Assembly: GCA_002269645.1 (NCBI GenBank)
Contig: NIVC01000504.1
Span: 62,001 to 126,000 of the forward strand
Length of the DNA: 64,000 nucleotides
From: Macrostomum lignano
Lineage: Eukaryota
Direction of reading: 5' to 3'
The position numbers and the translations under genes were made by a program. The notes below the pieces were generated by a model. It was not told where the DNA came from and made no database searches. It saw nothing but the letters and a program-made list of their open reading frames with translations. Shown here piece by piece: positions 13,519-25,040 of the stretch (position 1 is the first letter of the stretch; each line of letters starts with the position of its first letter).

Positions 13519-14397
13519 TGAGGTGGGGGTAGAGAAGAAAATAAAATTTTTGAAATTGTAAAAAAACTTAGGGTTTGTCGTTGGCATGTAAAGCCAGAAA
13601 ATCACACAAAATTGCTGCGCTGATTCTTCTCCTAGGTTACTCCGTCTGCCGGGTCCTCAATTCTGGGAGGAGGGTAGTCGTAATTGCAGTCGAGCGGTCT
13701 AGTAGCAGCCCAAGTCGTTCAGAATGGGTCCTCAGACACTGTAAACTCATAATTCGTCAAGATTGCTAGTTGTCTTACTCTCAGTAGTAAAGTAGCGCTG
13801 CCACCACCGTAAATGTCATTTTATGGAACATAGAGGGTCTCAGAGCTTTCTTCAAGATGAGACTGATTGGTTATTTTATGCCCCGCAGGCAAATGACTCT
13901 AGAAACTAAAGGCTTCGATTCTGAACAACTGAATAAATATTAAATGTTGGTTGCAAACTTATTATTCTTTTGTTATTATTATTGCGGTTAGTTATTATAG
14001 CTACGCGAGATAGGCGAGACAGGAGCAGAACAAAAAGGAGAAGGGAGCAGGAAGAGAAGGAAAGGAATAAAAAAATGACTCCGAAGTTAACACAAATATA
14101 ACAAATTGGCGTGGAGGATCCCAGGGGTGGGACAGACGATGGGACAAGGGAAGGGACAACGATGGGAAACAAGGAAACCCGGCCACTGGAAACATTAAAA
14201 CAACAGGGGCCAAGGGAGGGAACAGAAAAGGAAACAGACGAGGGAGCAAAGGCGGGAACAACCAGGGGAACAAACCAGGGAACAAAATTAAAACATGACG
14301 TCAATTCGTCATCCTAAGGAATTGGGTGGTATGTCCCGCTGTTGTCTGCGCTAGAGGCCTGCCGTCGTTAACCCCAGTGGTAGACCGGCCTACCACA
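13519..14397 (-). repeat. 3' LTR
   Basis: Direct repeat of 22441-23318 with TG..CA ends. Confidence 0.95.
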
Positions 14398-14447
14398 GGC
14401 GTGGGGGCGCCGGGGCGAATGGCAGCAGACAGACAAACTCCCGGATA

Positions 14448-15193
14448 TCAGGGGCGGTGGTCCTGCTTCGCCAGCCGGCCTCGGCGAGCAGGGGCGTTTG
14501 GATCGGACGGCAGCAAGCTTGCGACGCGTGCCTGATGGCTCAGCTGGAGCAGCGCAGTGGTCAGGCCTTGCCCCAGGGTGGCCGTGTGGTCAACATGTAG
14601 GCCAACCAATGCGCAGAAGGCGCCGTACGGCAGGCCGCCTGGTGCTTGCCGGTGTCGCTCGCAGAGCACTGCGGCCGCTAAGCTGATGGCACGGGCGACT
14701 GTCAGTTGGCCGAACGTGTTGGCGTAGCCATGCCAGTGTCGACAGTCGCTCATATGGCGGGCGGTTTGATCGCCTTCTAACTCGCGGAGCAATAGAGCGG
14801 CCAGGTGCTGCACCTGGTCGGGCCTCGGTCCTGGCGCGGCTGCTCCCACTGGCAACGGCTGGCTGGAGCCACTGGTCCAGTTTGAAGGCGGGAGAGGCGG
14901 AGTCACCTGCCGGTCTGGCTCCAGTGTGCGGACAGGTTCCAGCTCCGGCGCAAGCTGTTGCGCGCCCACAAGGTTCATGAGTCCGTCCACCCATACATCA
15001 GGGCTGTTGGTGGGCACGGCAGGCTCGGGGAGCTTGAAGGTCTCCAAAGCTGCCTGATCGATTTGTGCAGCCCTGCCGTGGGTCGGTACTTGGCCGCGCT
15101 TGTCCAGCTGCTCGAAGGCCAGGCGGATTTTGCGACTGATCGGCGATTCGACCTCCGGGGAACCGTTGGAGTAATTTGACCAATGACTTGCCA
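14448..15193 (-). CDS. Extra (third) ORF of the Gypsy element, ~248 aa from ATG, function unknown
   Basis: Uninterrupted GC-rich ORF (MASHWSNYSNGSPEV...) between the pol end and the 3' LTR, in the element's sense orientation. No signal peptide or transmembrane segment is obvious, so it is not called env. Confidence 0.55.
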
Positions 15194-16128
15194 TAGTCAA
15201 AGTGACGGAGCGCAATGTGATAGTCCGAAATTTTCCAGTTGGCAGGTCGGATCAACAGAATTGGAGAAAATAAAAAAAAATTGAAGATGGCTCCTTAAAT
15301 AGGGTGCAAAATATTCCAACTGGTAGAATTTCAAACCAACCAGAGGAAATAAAATTCAACCACTGGAATTGAGCCATCATCCCCGTGCACTCTAAGGTGG
15401 CACACAGAGTTGGGGTGGGCGCATGAATCAAGGAGTCATAAAATAGATAACCGGCGGCAGGGGTCCAAAAATCAAAATGAATGAATGGGGCGCCTCACAC
15501 GGCTCACAAACAGGCTAGCGGTTAGAGAGAGAGAAGGGGCCGAACAATCGCATAAACAGTAGTTTAGAAAAATAGTAAGAACATAGGTAGTTCCTAAAAA
15601 TTAGAATAGCAGATAGATACAGGCATAGTGACCGAGTTAGAATTTGGATCTCCATAAGGAGTTACACAAAATGGCAAAAGGCACTGGGAAGGGGCTGGAC
15701 AAGTGCCCTTACAAATTTTCCCAGGCTCAGCTCGGTCAGAAGAAAGAAAAATGGGGGCCGTTCACCTCAGATGCCCTCCGCTGAGGACAAGGCCTAGAGC
15801 CAGGGTGGTTAGACCTGATCGGGGCAAACGACTGGGGCACCAGAGCAACATGGCTTGCAAAAAAAAATAAAAAATACCTTCTTAAGCAAGGACTGCAAGG
15901 TTTACAACTGAAATAAAACTTCGCAAAGTTAATGACACGCAATTGAGCAAAATTAATGAATCGCCTGCGGATAAATAATTGTCGCATAAGTGCTGGCCTT
16001 TTAACAAGCCTAAGGCCAAATATCAGAACGCAGGAGTGCGGGTCGCGTTGAATAAATATGACACCAATTGAGCATGAGCACAATGTACAAAGGCTTTTGA
16101 CCCGAAAGCGTAAGGAGCAGAAATTGTA

Positions 16129-16340
16129 AAAATTAGTTGCTTTTGCCCTCAAGCATAAGGAAAGTACAGAAAATTAGTTGCTTTTGCCCTCAAGCATAAG
16201 GAAAGTACAGAAAATTAGTTGCTTTTGCCCTCAAGCATAAGGAAAGTACATTGAGAAACACTGCTTTTTCCATCAAGCATAAGGAAACGGACAGAAAAAT
16301 TAGTTGCTTTTATCCCTCAAGCATAAGGAAAGTACATTGA
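16129..16340. repeat. 41-bp tandem repeat (~5 copies, later ones variant) in the Gypsy pol-ORF3 spacer
   Basis: aaaattagttgcttttgccctcaagcataaggaaagtacag at 16129, 16170 and 16211, then degenerate copies. Confidence 0.85.
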
Positions 16341-16854
16341 GCGGGGAAAATTGAAAATCTGCTTTCAGCACCGAACAGGTGCAGAGAAAGCTTACAGCAA
16401 AATTTAATTCAGAACGCGTTTGCAAACTTGACTACTCATAGTAATGCTTTAATTTAGCTATTAGGCGCAATAATAAATTGCTGGTAAATACCTTTTAGAG
16501 CTCCATCTCCATGCCGATGTCAGGCAAGTCCGGGTCGCCTTCGGCGAGCACCTCCAGGTGGCGCAAGCTGGGCTCGAACAGCTGACTGCCTCGCAGGTCA
16601 GGCTGAACTGTGGCCGGCTGCTCTGGCGCGGGCTGATCGGCTGGGTCGACTTTGCTGTCTTCGCTCGACTCATAGGGCAGCATTGGCTGCTCTGTCTGGC
16701 GCGGCGGCTCCTGTGGTCGATCTGCCATCATCTGCGGCACCTTGATGATGTTGTTACAATGAACTAGCATTTCAGCTGGGCGTCCTCGGTGGTCTGCCAA
16801 CCCGCTCGCTGCCCGAAGTTTGAGAAGGTGAGATTCAGCAGCGACGCGGACAGC

Positions 16855-18308
16855 TCTGCTGACTCATCATCAACTGCTGACCGATCTGAATCTGACAACA
16901 GTGACGCCAAAGCTACCGACGAGGATCGACCTTCGGGCACATCAATGACCCCGCAACCGGCCAGAGTAGCGATCGTGTGGAGGGAGCTCCAGACCCCGAA
17001 CCATGCCGCCACAGCCGAAGCCGCGCCGACTAATTTGACTAATCGACGTTCAACATTGAATCTAACTGATCACATCCCGAGGCCAGTCACACGTGAGGAG
17101 CTCCAGACTCACCAGCGTGCTGACTCTGCCATCGCCATGATGATCAATCTTTTGGAAAGCCAACAGCCGAAGCTGCCGCTGAATCAGCGTTTGAATATGA
17201 CGCGAGACGAACGAAACCTACTAGCGTTCTATGAACAGCTCGAAGTCCGAGACGATGGACTACTGGTAATTCATTTCGACGATATTGGCGAGGAGGAAAC
17301 AGCGCGGATCGTCCTGCCGAAGAGCCTCGACGCCACGGTGTTCGCCAACCTCCACGGTTCACCCTACTGCGGACACATGGGCAGAGACCTCACCATCGCG
17401 AAGGTGCGCGAAAGGTTCTGGCGACCTGCCCTGGCCAAGGCAGTGTCCGACTATGTCGCTTCCTGCCAGACCTGCACTCAGAGCAAAGGACAGCGACGAA
17501 TTCTGTTGCATGTACAATCGTTTCCGGTCTGTGAAATCTATGGGCGATGTGCGATCGATATCCTGGGCCCCACTGGAGACCCGACAGACCGAGGCAACAA
17601 GTACATCCTGACCTATGTCGACACTACGTCGAAATACCCCTTCGCCTTCGCCATGAAGAATCAGCGGGCCAAGACCATTATAACGCTCCTGCAGGAACAA
17701 GTGTTTCCGATCACCGGAATCCCGGCATGGATTCACTCCAATCAATGGAAACAGTTCACAGGACACAAGTTCCGGCACTTCTGCGAAGTTTACGGCATCC
17801 GGCAGACCACGACGCCGCCGTATTCGCCATGGGCCAATGGACAAGCTGAGTCGTGCAAAAAGAACATCAAGAAGGTGCTCACCTGTCTCCTAGAAGACCA
17901 TCAGCAATGGGACAAGATGTTTCCAGCCGCTTTAACAGCTTTAAGATCAGCAGTCAATCGTACAACTGGGTTTTCGCCGCATTATGTCATCTACAGAGTG
18001 CCCTACCGGTATCCGATCGATAACACCCTAGACCGACTAGATGTATCAGCTGATCTCCCGGAGTACATTGCCAAACATCAGCGCAGACTGGCCGAGACAG
18101 AACGAATTGTGCGACAGCGGCTGAGGACCGAGATCCAGCGCCGAGAGGAGTACTACGAGAACTGGCCGAAGCCTGTGGAGCTGCAGCTTGGAGACTTGGT
18201 CTGCCTGGCCAACCCGAAGCTCGAACTGGGAGAGCTGCCCAAGTTCCACCGGCCGTACAAGAGTATGTACAAGGTCATCAGGAAAGTCGGAGAAGCTGCG
18301 CCGTGGTT
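16855..18308 (+). pseudogene. Gypsy integrase (HHCC zinc finger, core, GPY/F-like tail) inverted relative to the rest of the element
   Basis: Plus-strand ORF with LH..GHMG..C..C, AIDILGP, YILTYVD and TPPYSPWANGQAE. The second catalytic D reads N (HSNQW instead of HSDQG). Confidence 0.9.
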
Positions 18309-20884
18309 GCTGTCCGTGTCGTCCCCAGCTAGTAGTCGGCGGCTCCCCGACGGGCAACATGTCGTGCTATTGAAACTGGTAGGTGACCTCTGCGAGTCAT
18401 CGTAATGGCTGGCTGATGGCCTCGGCTTCGTCGCCGGCGGGTGCAGCTCTGTCAGCGGCTTGCTGTCGGCTGTCGGTGTTGCTGGCGGCGTAGCCTCGCC
18501 GTTGGACTCCTTCGGCTTAGTCGGCAGTTTCCATCGCTTACGGCGGGTCGACGGCTTCTTGCTCGGTGGAGGACTAGGGTGGCTGCTGTCGTGGACCTTC
18601 GGCGCCACTGCGCCAGTTATCGCGGCTGGCTGCTTACTTTGGTCCCCTTCAGCTGCCTCTCGCTGAGCCTCCTCCAAGCATTCGGCGTCGTCCTCCGGCC
18701 GTCTTGAGAGACCGTCGGCGTTTTGATGCTGACTCGATTTGCGATGCTGGATCTCGAACTCAAATTCACTTAGCCGCTGTAGCCATCGTCCGAAGATGCC
18801 TATTTGTTGAGTTCGCCAGAGAATCCAGGTCAACGCTGCATGGTCGGTTCGACAAATGAACTTCTTGGCCAGCAGGTAGAAGCGGAAATGTCGCATGCCA
18901 TCTACGACTGCCAAGAGTTCTTGCTTAGTAATTGGATATCGGGCTTCAGCCGGTTTAAGTCGCCGGGAGAAATAGCCAATTGGGCGCTCGATCCCGTCAG
19001 CTTGGCGTTGGCTCAGGCAGGCTCCGATTCTGGTCGCAGAAGCATCCGTGTCCAGGATAAACATTACTTCCGGATCCTCGCTGAACTGCGGATACGCGAG
19101 CACTGATGTCAAAGTCATGGCTGCTTTGAGCAGATCGAACGCATCTTGCTAGGCTTTTCCCCATAGACAATTGAAATTTCTAATCTTCTTTTCCTTGATT
19201 AAGTCGTGGAGTGGAGCTGCAAGTTCTGCATAGCCAGGTACAAATTTTGCATAGTAAGCGCACGTGCAGACAAAACTTTTAAGTTAATGAGCTGTTCTTG
19301 GTCTTGGCCAGGTCTGAATAGCCTCGATCTTCGCCAGATCGGTCTTGATGCCGTCCTTAGTAACTACATGTCCCAGATAGTTTAGACTTGCCCGAAATAA
19401 ATGGCACTTCCTGCCTTTGAACTTCAAGTTGGCCTCTTGAATTCGCTTAAATACTTCCTCCATATGCTGTAGATAGTCATTAAATTTCTTAGAATAGATG
19501 ATTATGTCATCCAGGTAGGCTATTGCACCTTTGTAGGCGATCCCGTTGAGCACAGCGTTTATGAGGCACATAAAGCTGGCTGGCGCCAAACTTAATCCCA
19601 TAGGCATCACATTGTAGGCGAATTGTCCGCGGTGCAGCGTGGCGAAGGCCGTCAGATCTTGATCCTCTGGATGCAGTGGAATCTGATAGTAGCCGCTATT
19701 GAGGTCGAACGTGCTGAATAGCTAGCTTCCTTCAAGGCTGGCGAATGCTTCTTGAATATTCGGTATCGGGTACGGAAAGTACTCGCACTTTTGGTTCAGA
19801 CTCCTGAAGTCTTGTACAATTCTCAGGCTGCCGTCCTTCTTCGGGATGATCACCAGCGGGGTGTTGTAGCTGGAGAAGCTCGGTCGAATCACGCCTTTGG
19901 CAAGCAGATCGTCAAGCAGCTGGTCCACCTTGGGCAGCAGATGCGGCGGAATCCTTCAGGTCGGCAGATGTACAGGATCCTTGTCCTTCAACACGATGTT
20001 GTGGGTGACCAGGTGAGTTCGGCCGAGATCGTGTGGCCCCTGCGAGAAGATGGTCTTATACTTCTTCAATAGCTCGATGACTTGAGCGCGCTGGTCATTG
20101 GACAAGTCCTCGCCAATGTCGATCTCTTTGATCCAAGCGTCAGGATCTTCGTCTTGAACTTGATTAACTGAAGCTTCTGGCTTCGGCAGTGGAAAGAATT
20201 GTAACTCGGGCAGTCTGATTGGTCTAGCAATCCCAACTAGGGCATTCGCTCGCACTTTGATGGAAGTAGTGCCTCGATTGATCATCTCAATGGCGCCTTC
20301 TCCATTGGCCATAGATATTAAGGCAGGCGCGGCGTCCAGTTGCTGCACATCTTCTTCACGCCGAGCCGGTTTTAGCGGCTCGATCACAGCAGGTGTGCCC
20401 TGGTTTTCTTCTCGTCCTTTTGCTAGTTTAATCTTGATTCGGGCTGATGATAACGGCGGCACGGTTGTGCTCTCAGCTGTGTAGATTCTGCACGTAGTAG
20501 CTTCGGTTCGCGTATAGCGCAGTGGTGCAGCAGTGCCATCCTTGAAAAACAGCATCCCGGCGGCGAGTTCCAGTGATGTACTGTACTTCTCCAGGAACTC
20601 AAAGCCCAGGATGTTGTCATGAGATCCCTTCGCTAGGAGGAACTTGACTGTAGGCTTGAAACTTCCAATTTTAACTTTGATTGATAGTTGGCCTGCCATT
20701 TGAATAGGCTCTCCATTGTAGGTCACAATGCGTTGCAGGCAGGGCTCGATTTGGCCACGCAGGGTCGGGTCATCGGTACATAGTCGGTGCCAGGTGCTGA
20801 ATCCTAGGACTTCGCACTTGGAGCCGGTGTCAAGCAGAAAAGCAAAATAACGGCCCTGAATCTCACCAGTTAGAAACGGATCCC
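18309..20884 (-). pseudogene. Gypsy pol: protease, reverse transcriptase and RNase H, with stops and frameshifts
   Basis: FLLDTGS at ~20830. RT motifs PSFSSYNTPLVIIPKKDGSLRIVQDFRSLN, DLNSGYYQI, MPMGL and YLDDIIIYS. RNase H motifs FILDTDAS and TDHAAL. In-frame TAG at ~19722; split across several ORFs. Confidence 0.92.
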
Positions 20885-20885
20885 T

Positions 20886-22373
20886 TCAGGGTCGCTTGGG
20901 TGCAGAGTTATGTACAGGTGCAGCGGAGGCAGTCTCAGCAGTGGCCTGCTGAGCGACTAAAGTCCTCAGCAGGGACCTTAGTGCTGGCTCGGCTGTTGGA
21001 TGGCGCTGCCCCCGTTGGCGCATCCAGCCGTCCCATTTCCCGAGCTGCCGTTGCGCTGGGGCGTGGTGCTGGCCAACCACTGGTGCGGGCACTCATCGGC
21101 GCGGTGCTTGCGATTGCACCTGTAACACATAGCGCTCTGTCGCCATAGCTGATAGGGCGGCGGGCGTGAACCCAACTGTTGCTGCCGCTGCGGCTGCTGC
21201 TGCTGCTGCTGTCAACATTGACCTCCTGCTGGCGGCATCCTTGGCGGCGGGTTGCTGCCATCTCGTGGTTGCTGAAGTCGATGGAACTGCTCGTGCTGCA
21301 CAATCCGTGTGCCGGGTGTCTTGAATTGGGCGCTCTCATCGGTGCTGCGGCGAGGAGTCGAGGGCACCAAACATCTGTTGCGTTGGCCCCAAGAGTCCTG
21401 CGGCTGGTGGCGAGCAGAGTCCCAATGCTCCTGGGTGTCATTATTGCGCGATCCCAGCGAGTGGAACTCTCGCAGCTCATTGCTCAAAGCTTCTAGTAGA
21501 CGTCGCAGGTGTCTCAGTTTGCTGTTCCATCACTTCACGCAACCAATTCTCCTCGGGCCGAGATGACTTGTTGTGTTGCACTCCAGTTGGTGACTGACCA
21601 TCATCATCCTCGAGAACCCGGACATGTCTTGCTGCTGGCGGCGGTGCTACCCTCTGAGCCAGACTAGCTGCTGTCTCCAGGCGTAGCACAGCCCTTCTTG
21701 CTGCGGTCAGATTCTGCGGTTGCGCCAGGATTAGCTGTTCTCTGGCTGACTGGGCAATTCGCACTCCCACGGTGAACTGGTCCACTAGCTCGGCCTGCTT
21801 CTGAACCGGGGTGAAGTGTGGGAATGCTCTATTGGCCAGAGCAATTAATCGATCGCCGTAGTCATCCACACTCTCATTCTTGCCTTGCTGGCAGCACCGG
21901 AATTGCTCACGGTACTCCAGCGTATCGGCCACGTGCGTGAAGCGCTCGGACAATCTCTGCTTGAATTTGCCAAATGTCAGATTGTCTGGCAGTTCCATCC
22001 TAATGACTGCGGGATAGGTTGTGGCGATGTCCAAATTCACTAGGACTTCCGCCTTCTTACATCTGTCGTCCACGATCCCGTTGAGTTCACAACGCTCCTC
22101 AAGAGCCTAGATCCAGACGTCAAAGTCCAGGTTCGGGGTGTACCGCAGAATTTTGACCGGTTTCGGCGCCAGAGCTCGGTCAGGCTGTTGGGGCGGCTGA
22201 TACACGTGGTGATGGTGCTGCGGCTGTCCCAAGTTGGCCTGATCCAGTCACCATCTCACCTCTTCGGTCACTGCTCAAATCATCTCGTCGTAGGTTGGCC
22301 TAGTAGTTGAGTTGTTGGGGCCCGCGGCGTCGGCTGTCAAATCTGTGGCCGTTGAGTTAGTTGTCGAAGCCAT
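20886..22373 (-). pseudogene. Gypsy gag with nonsense mutations
   Basis: ATG at 22373 (MASTTNST...). In-frame TGA/TGA/TAG in the first 100 codons, then a retrotransposon gag-like core (QEFRCCQQGKNESVDDY) and a CYRCNRKHRADEC knuckle. Confidence 0.85.
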
Positions 22374-22421
22374 GACATAAATTTTGAACGACTCATTGAA
22401 AGGATTTTGGCGTTTCGTTAT

Positions 22422-22439
22422 CCCACTTAGCTGACACCA
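22422..22439 (-). promoter_or_regulatory. Primer-binding site, probably tRNA-Leu
   Basis: TGGTGTCAGCTAAGTGGGA begins 1 nt inside the 5' LTR and resembles the complement of the tRNA-Leu 3' end (..CCCACTTCTGACACCA; established knowledge). Confidence 0.75.
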
Positions 22440-22440
22440 A

Positions 22441-23318
22441 TGAGGTGGGGGTGGAAAAGAAAATAAAATTTTTGAAATTGTAAAAAAACTTAGGGTTTGT
22501 CGTTGGCACGTAAAGCCAGAAAATCACACAAAATTGCTGCGCTGATTCTTCTCCTAGGTTACTCCGTCTGCCGGGTCCTCAATTCCGGGGGGAGGGTAGT
22601 CGTAATCGCAGTCAAGCAGTCTAGTAGCAGCCCAAGTCGTTTAGAATGGGTCCTCAGACACCGTAAACTCGTAATTCGTCGAGATTGCTAGTTGTGTTAC
22701 TCTCAGTAGTAGCACTACCACCACCGTAAATGTCGTTTTACGGAACGTAGAGGGTCTCAGAGCTTTCTTCGAGATGAGACTGATTGGTTATTTTACGCCC
22801 CGCGGGCAAATGACTCAATAGGAACTAAAGGCTTCAATTCTGGACAACTGAATAAATATTAAATGTTGGTTGCAAACTTATTATTCTTTCGTTATTATTA
22901 TTGCGGTTAGTTATTATAGCTACACGAGATGAGCGAGACAGGAGCAGAACAAAAGGAGGAGTAGGGAGCAGGAGGAGAAGGAAAGGAATAAAAAAATGAC
23001 TCCGAAGTTAACGCAAATATAACAAATTGGTGTGGAGGATCCCAGGGGTGGGACAGACGATGGGACAAGGGAAGGGACAATGATAGGAAACAAGGAAACC
23101 CTGCCGCTGAAAACATTAAAACAACAGGGGCCAAGGGAGGGAACAGAAAAGGGAACAGATGAGGGAGCAAAGGCGGGAACAACCGGGGGAACAAACCAGG
23201 GAACAAAATTAAAACATGACGTCAATTCGTCATCCTAAGGAATTGGGTGGTATGTCCCGCCGTTGTCCGCGCTAGAGGCCTGCCATTGTTCACCCCAGTG
23301 GTAGACCGGCCTACCACA
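22441..23318 (-). repeat. 5' LTR
   Basis: Direct repeat of 13519-14397, adjacent to the PBS. Confidence 0.95.
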
Positions 23319-24454
23319 ATAACCCTAACCCTAACTTTTAATTTTCCTTTTACATCTTGATTCTTAGCTTTGTGATGGACATAGTATTTTACTTAAAGAA
23401 ATTATGCTCTTATTATGTTATTTCATTAATATTAATACCAATAACAGTATGATTGCATGGTTTCGATATTTTACTATGCAATTATGAGTAATCTAACTAG
23501 GAGGCTTTTCATATTACCGATTCCAGAATCAAAATTGGTTTGGATCTTCCAAGAAAAACAGCAGTATAACTATTTAATTCTGTTGAATGTTTGACTGCCT
23601 TAACAATCTCAGCACAATTTTTCACTTTCTTCTTGGCAATTGTCATTCAATAATAAAAACTTTATAGCACGTATCTCCCTCTAGTTATGGAGACAAAAAG
23701 TTATACTTCACAAATTGGTTCTGGTTCTGGAACTAGAACAAGCAATATGAAAAGGCCCTAGCTATTATGATTTGTGCCTTTTCTTAGAAACAGTATTTTA
23801 AACAAGCAGTATACTTTTTTTAATGCTGACCTATTGAGTATACATGCGACTAATCTAGAGTAACTTCAATTTACATTTGAAACTATGCACACACTTTGAC
23901 GAACTGACCAATTGACTATTTGACGAAAAGGCTTTTGATGAAAAGGTTTTTGATGAAATGACCAGTCACCCATTAAGTGGCCTAATAGAAGTCATTGGCT
24001 TTCTTTCATTCAAATGAACTTGTCATTTCTTTAGATTGGGAAACAAATCTTGTTTACATAAAGAACCTTAGGTTTTTAGTCTTGGCTTATATATAGTTTA
24101 GTTTATATGTTGAAAAGGGCAAAGGTATAAGCCCCTATATAAATAAGAAGGTTGAGTATATAGATATAGCCATATAGGTATATATAACAATTGTTTTCTG
24201 ATAGTCCTTATATTTTATAAATATAGACAAGCATCACATGTTTTTTATAGTATCTCTTCTAATTAAGTTATAAAATTCAGACATTATATATAGTCATTTT
24301 TAGAAAGAATAAATTGATAAAGAATTATATCAAATTCAAAATCATTTACTTCATTTGAAGTAAACATATATAATAGCTAAAAGTTGGTCAATTTTAAAAC
24401 TTATTTAATACCTTTTTTCAACTTAGATCAAAAAGAAAATAGATATAAGCATAG

Positions 24455-25040
24455 GTGGCATTGGCAATTGTGCAGTTTCATTCGCGAAATTATTTTTTGT
24501 TTAAATTTGAAAGTTCAAAACCAGAAAACAATAACAACGATAAAAATTGATGTTTTAAACCATTCTAACAATTGTGGCAGAGACCATGGCAGCCATCAGG
24601 TCGCGCGCATTTAGCTCTAGTTGCGGTAGAGCATTTACTGGCAGCACTTCATTCGGCGGAATTATCCACAAGGGTCTTGGTGGTTGTCCAGCCATAATAC
24701 AATATGTTGTCCAAAAGAAAAAGCAGATATTAGCAGCTTCTCAGCTAAAGGGAAACAGTTCAAGTCCCTCCCCACTTGAGCCCCTTTCAATTTTTTAAAC
24801 TATTTTTTCCATAGACAAATTGCATTTCAACTTTCAAGTATCATTAGAGTGTGGCAAGATTTAATGAAAAAAGTATATTAATAGAGCACCCATTTGCTTT
24901 AAAGTTCTGTGACCAGTGAGCTCTGGCACAGTCACTAGAATGGTTTAAAACATTGTTGTTATTGTTTTCTGGTTTCAAACTTTCAAATTTAAACAAGAAA
25001 TAGTTTTGTGAATGAAACTGCACTATTGCCACATAGGTTA
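24455..25040. mobile_element. Degenerate MITE-like element with ~130-bp inverted arms
   Basis: ttgtgcagtttcattc..aaatttgaaag..aaaccagaaaacaataacaac..gttttaaaccattcta at 24468-24570 is mirrored on the minus strand at 24940-25030. Confidence 0.6.

Larger units (their letters stand above)
13519..23318 (-). mobile_element. Full-length decayed Ty3/Gypsy LTR retrotransposon
   Basis: Two ~879-bp TG..CA LTRs (13519-14397, 22441-23318) with 4-bp TSD ATAA on both sides. Contains a PBS, gag with a CCHC knuckle, PR (LLDTGS), RT (YLDD), RNase H (TDHAAL) and integrase, in PR-RT-RH-IN order once the inversion is undone. Confidence 0.95.
13287..23970. mobile_element. MITE-like TIR element (~0.9 kb net) interrupted by the Gypsy insertion
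   Basis: Ends GGTTCCAGGTCATTTTGTCAAA and (reverse complement) GGTGACTGGTCATTTCATCAAA, with subterminal TTTGTCAAA/TTTGACGAA repeats. The flanking direct repeat CATTAAGT lies at 13279-13286 and 23971-23978. Confidence 0.75.

Noticed and set aside
14448-15215. Calling the extra Gypsy ORF an env gene
   Set aside because: No signal peptide, furin site or transmembrane anchor is visible.
23319-23335. Telomeric (CCCTAA)n seed
   Set aside because: Only two units, inside a MITE; not an interstitial telomere.
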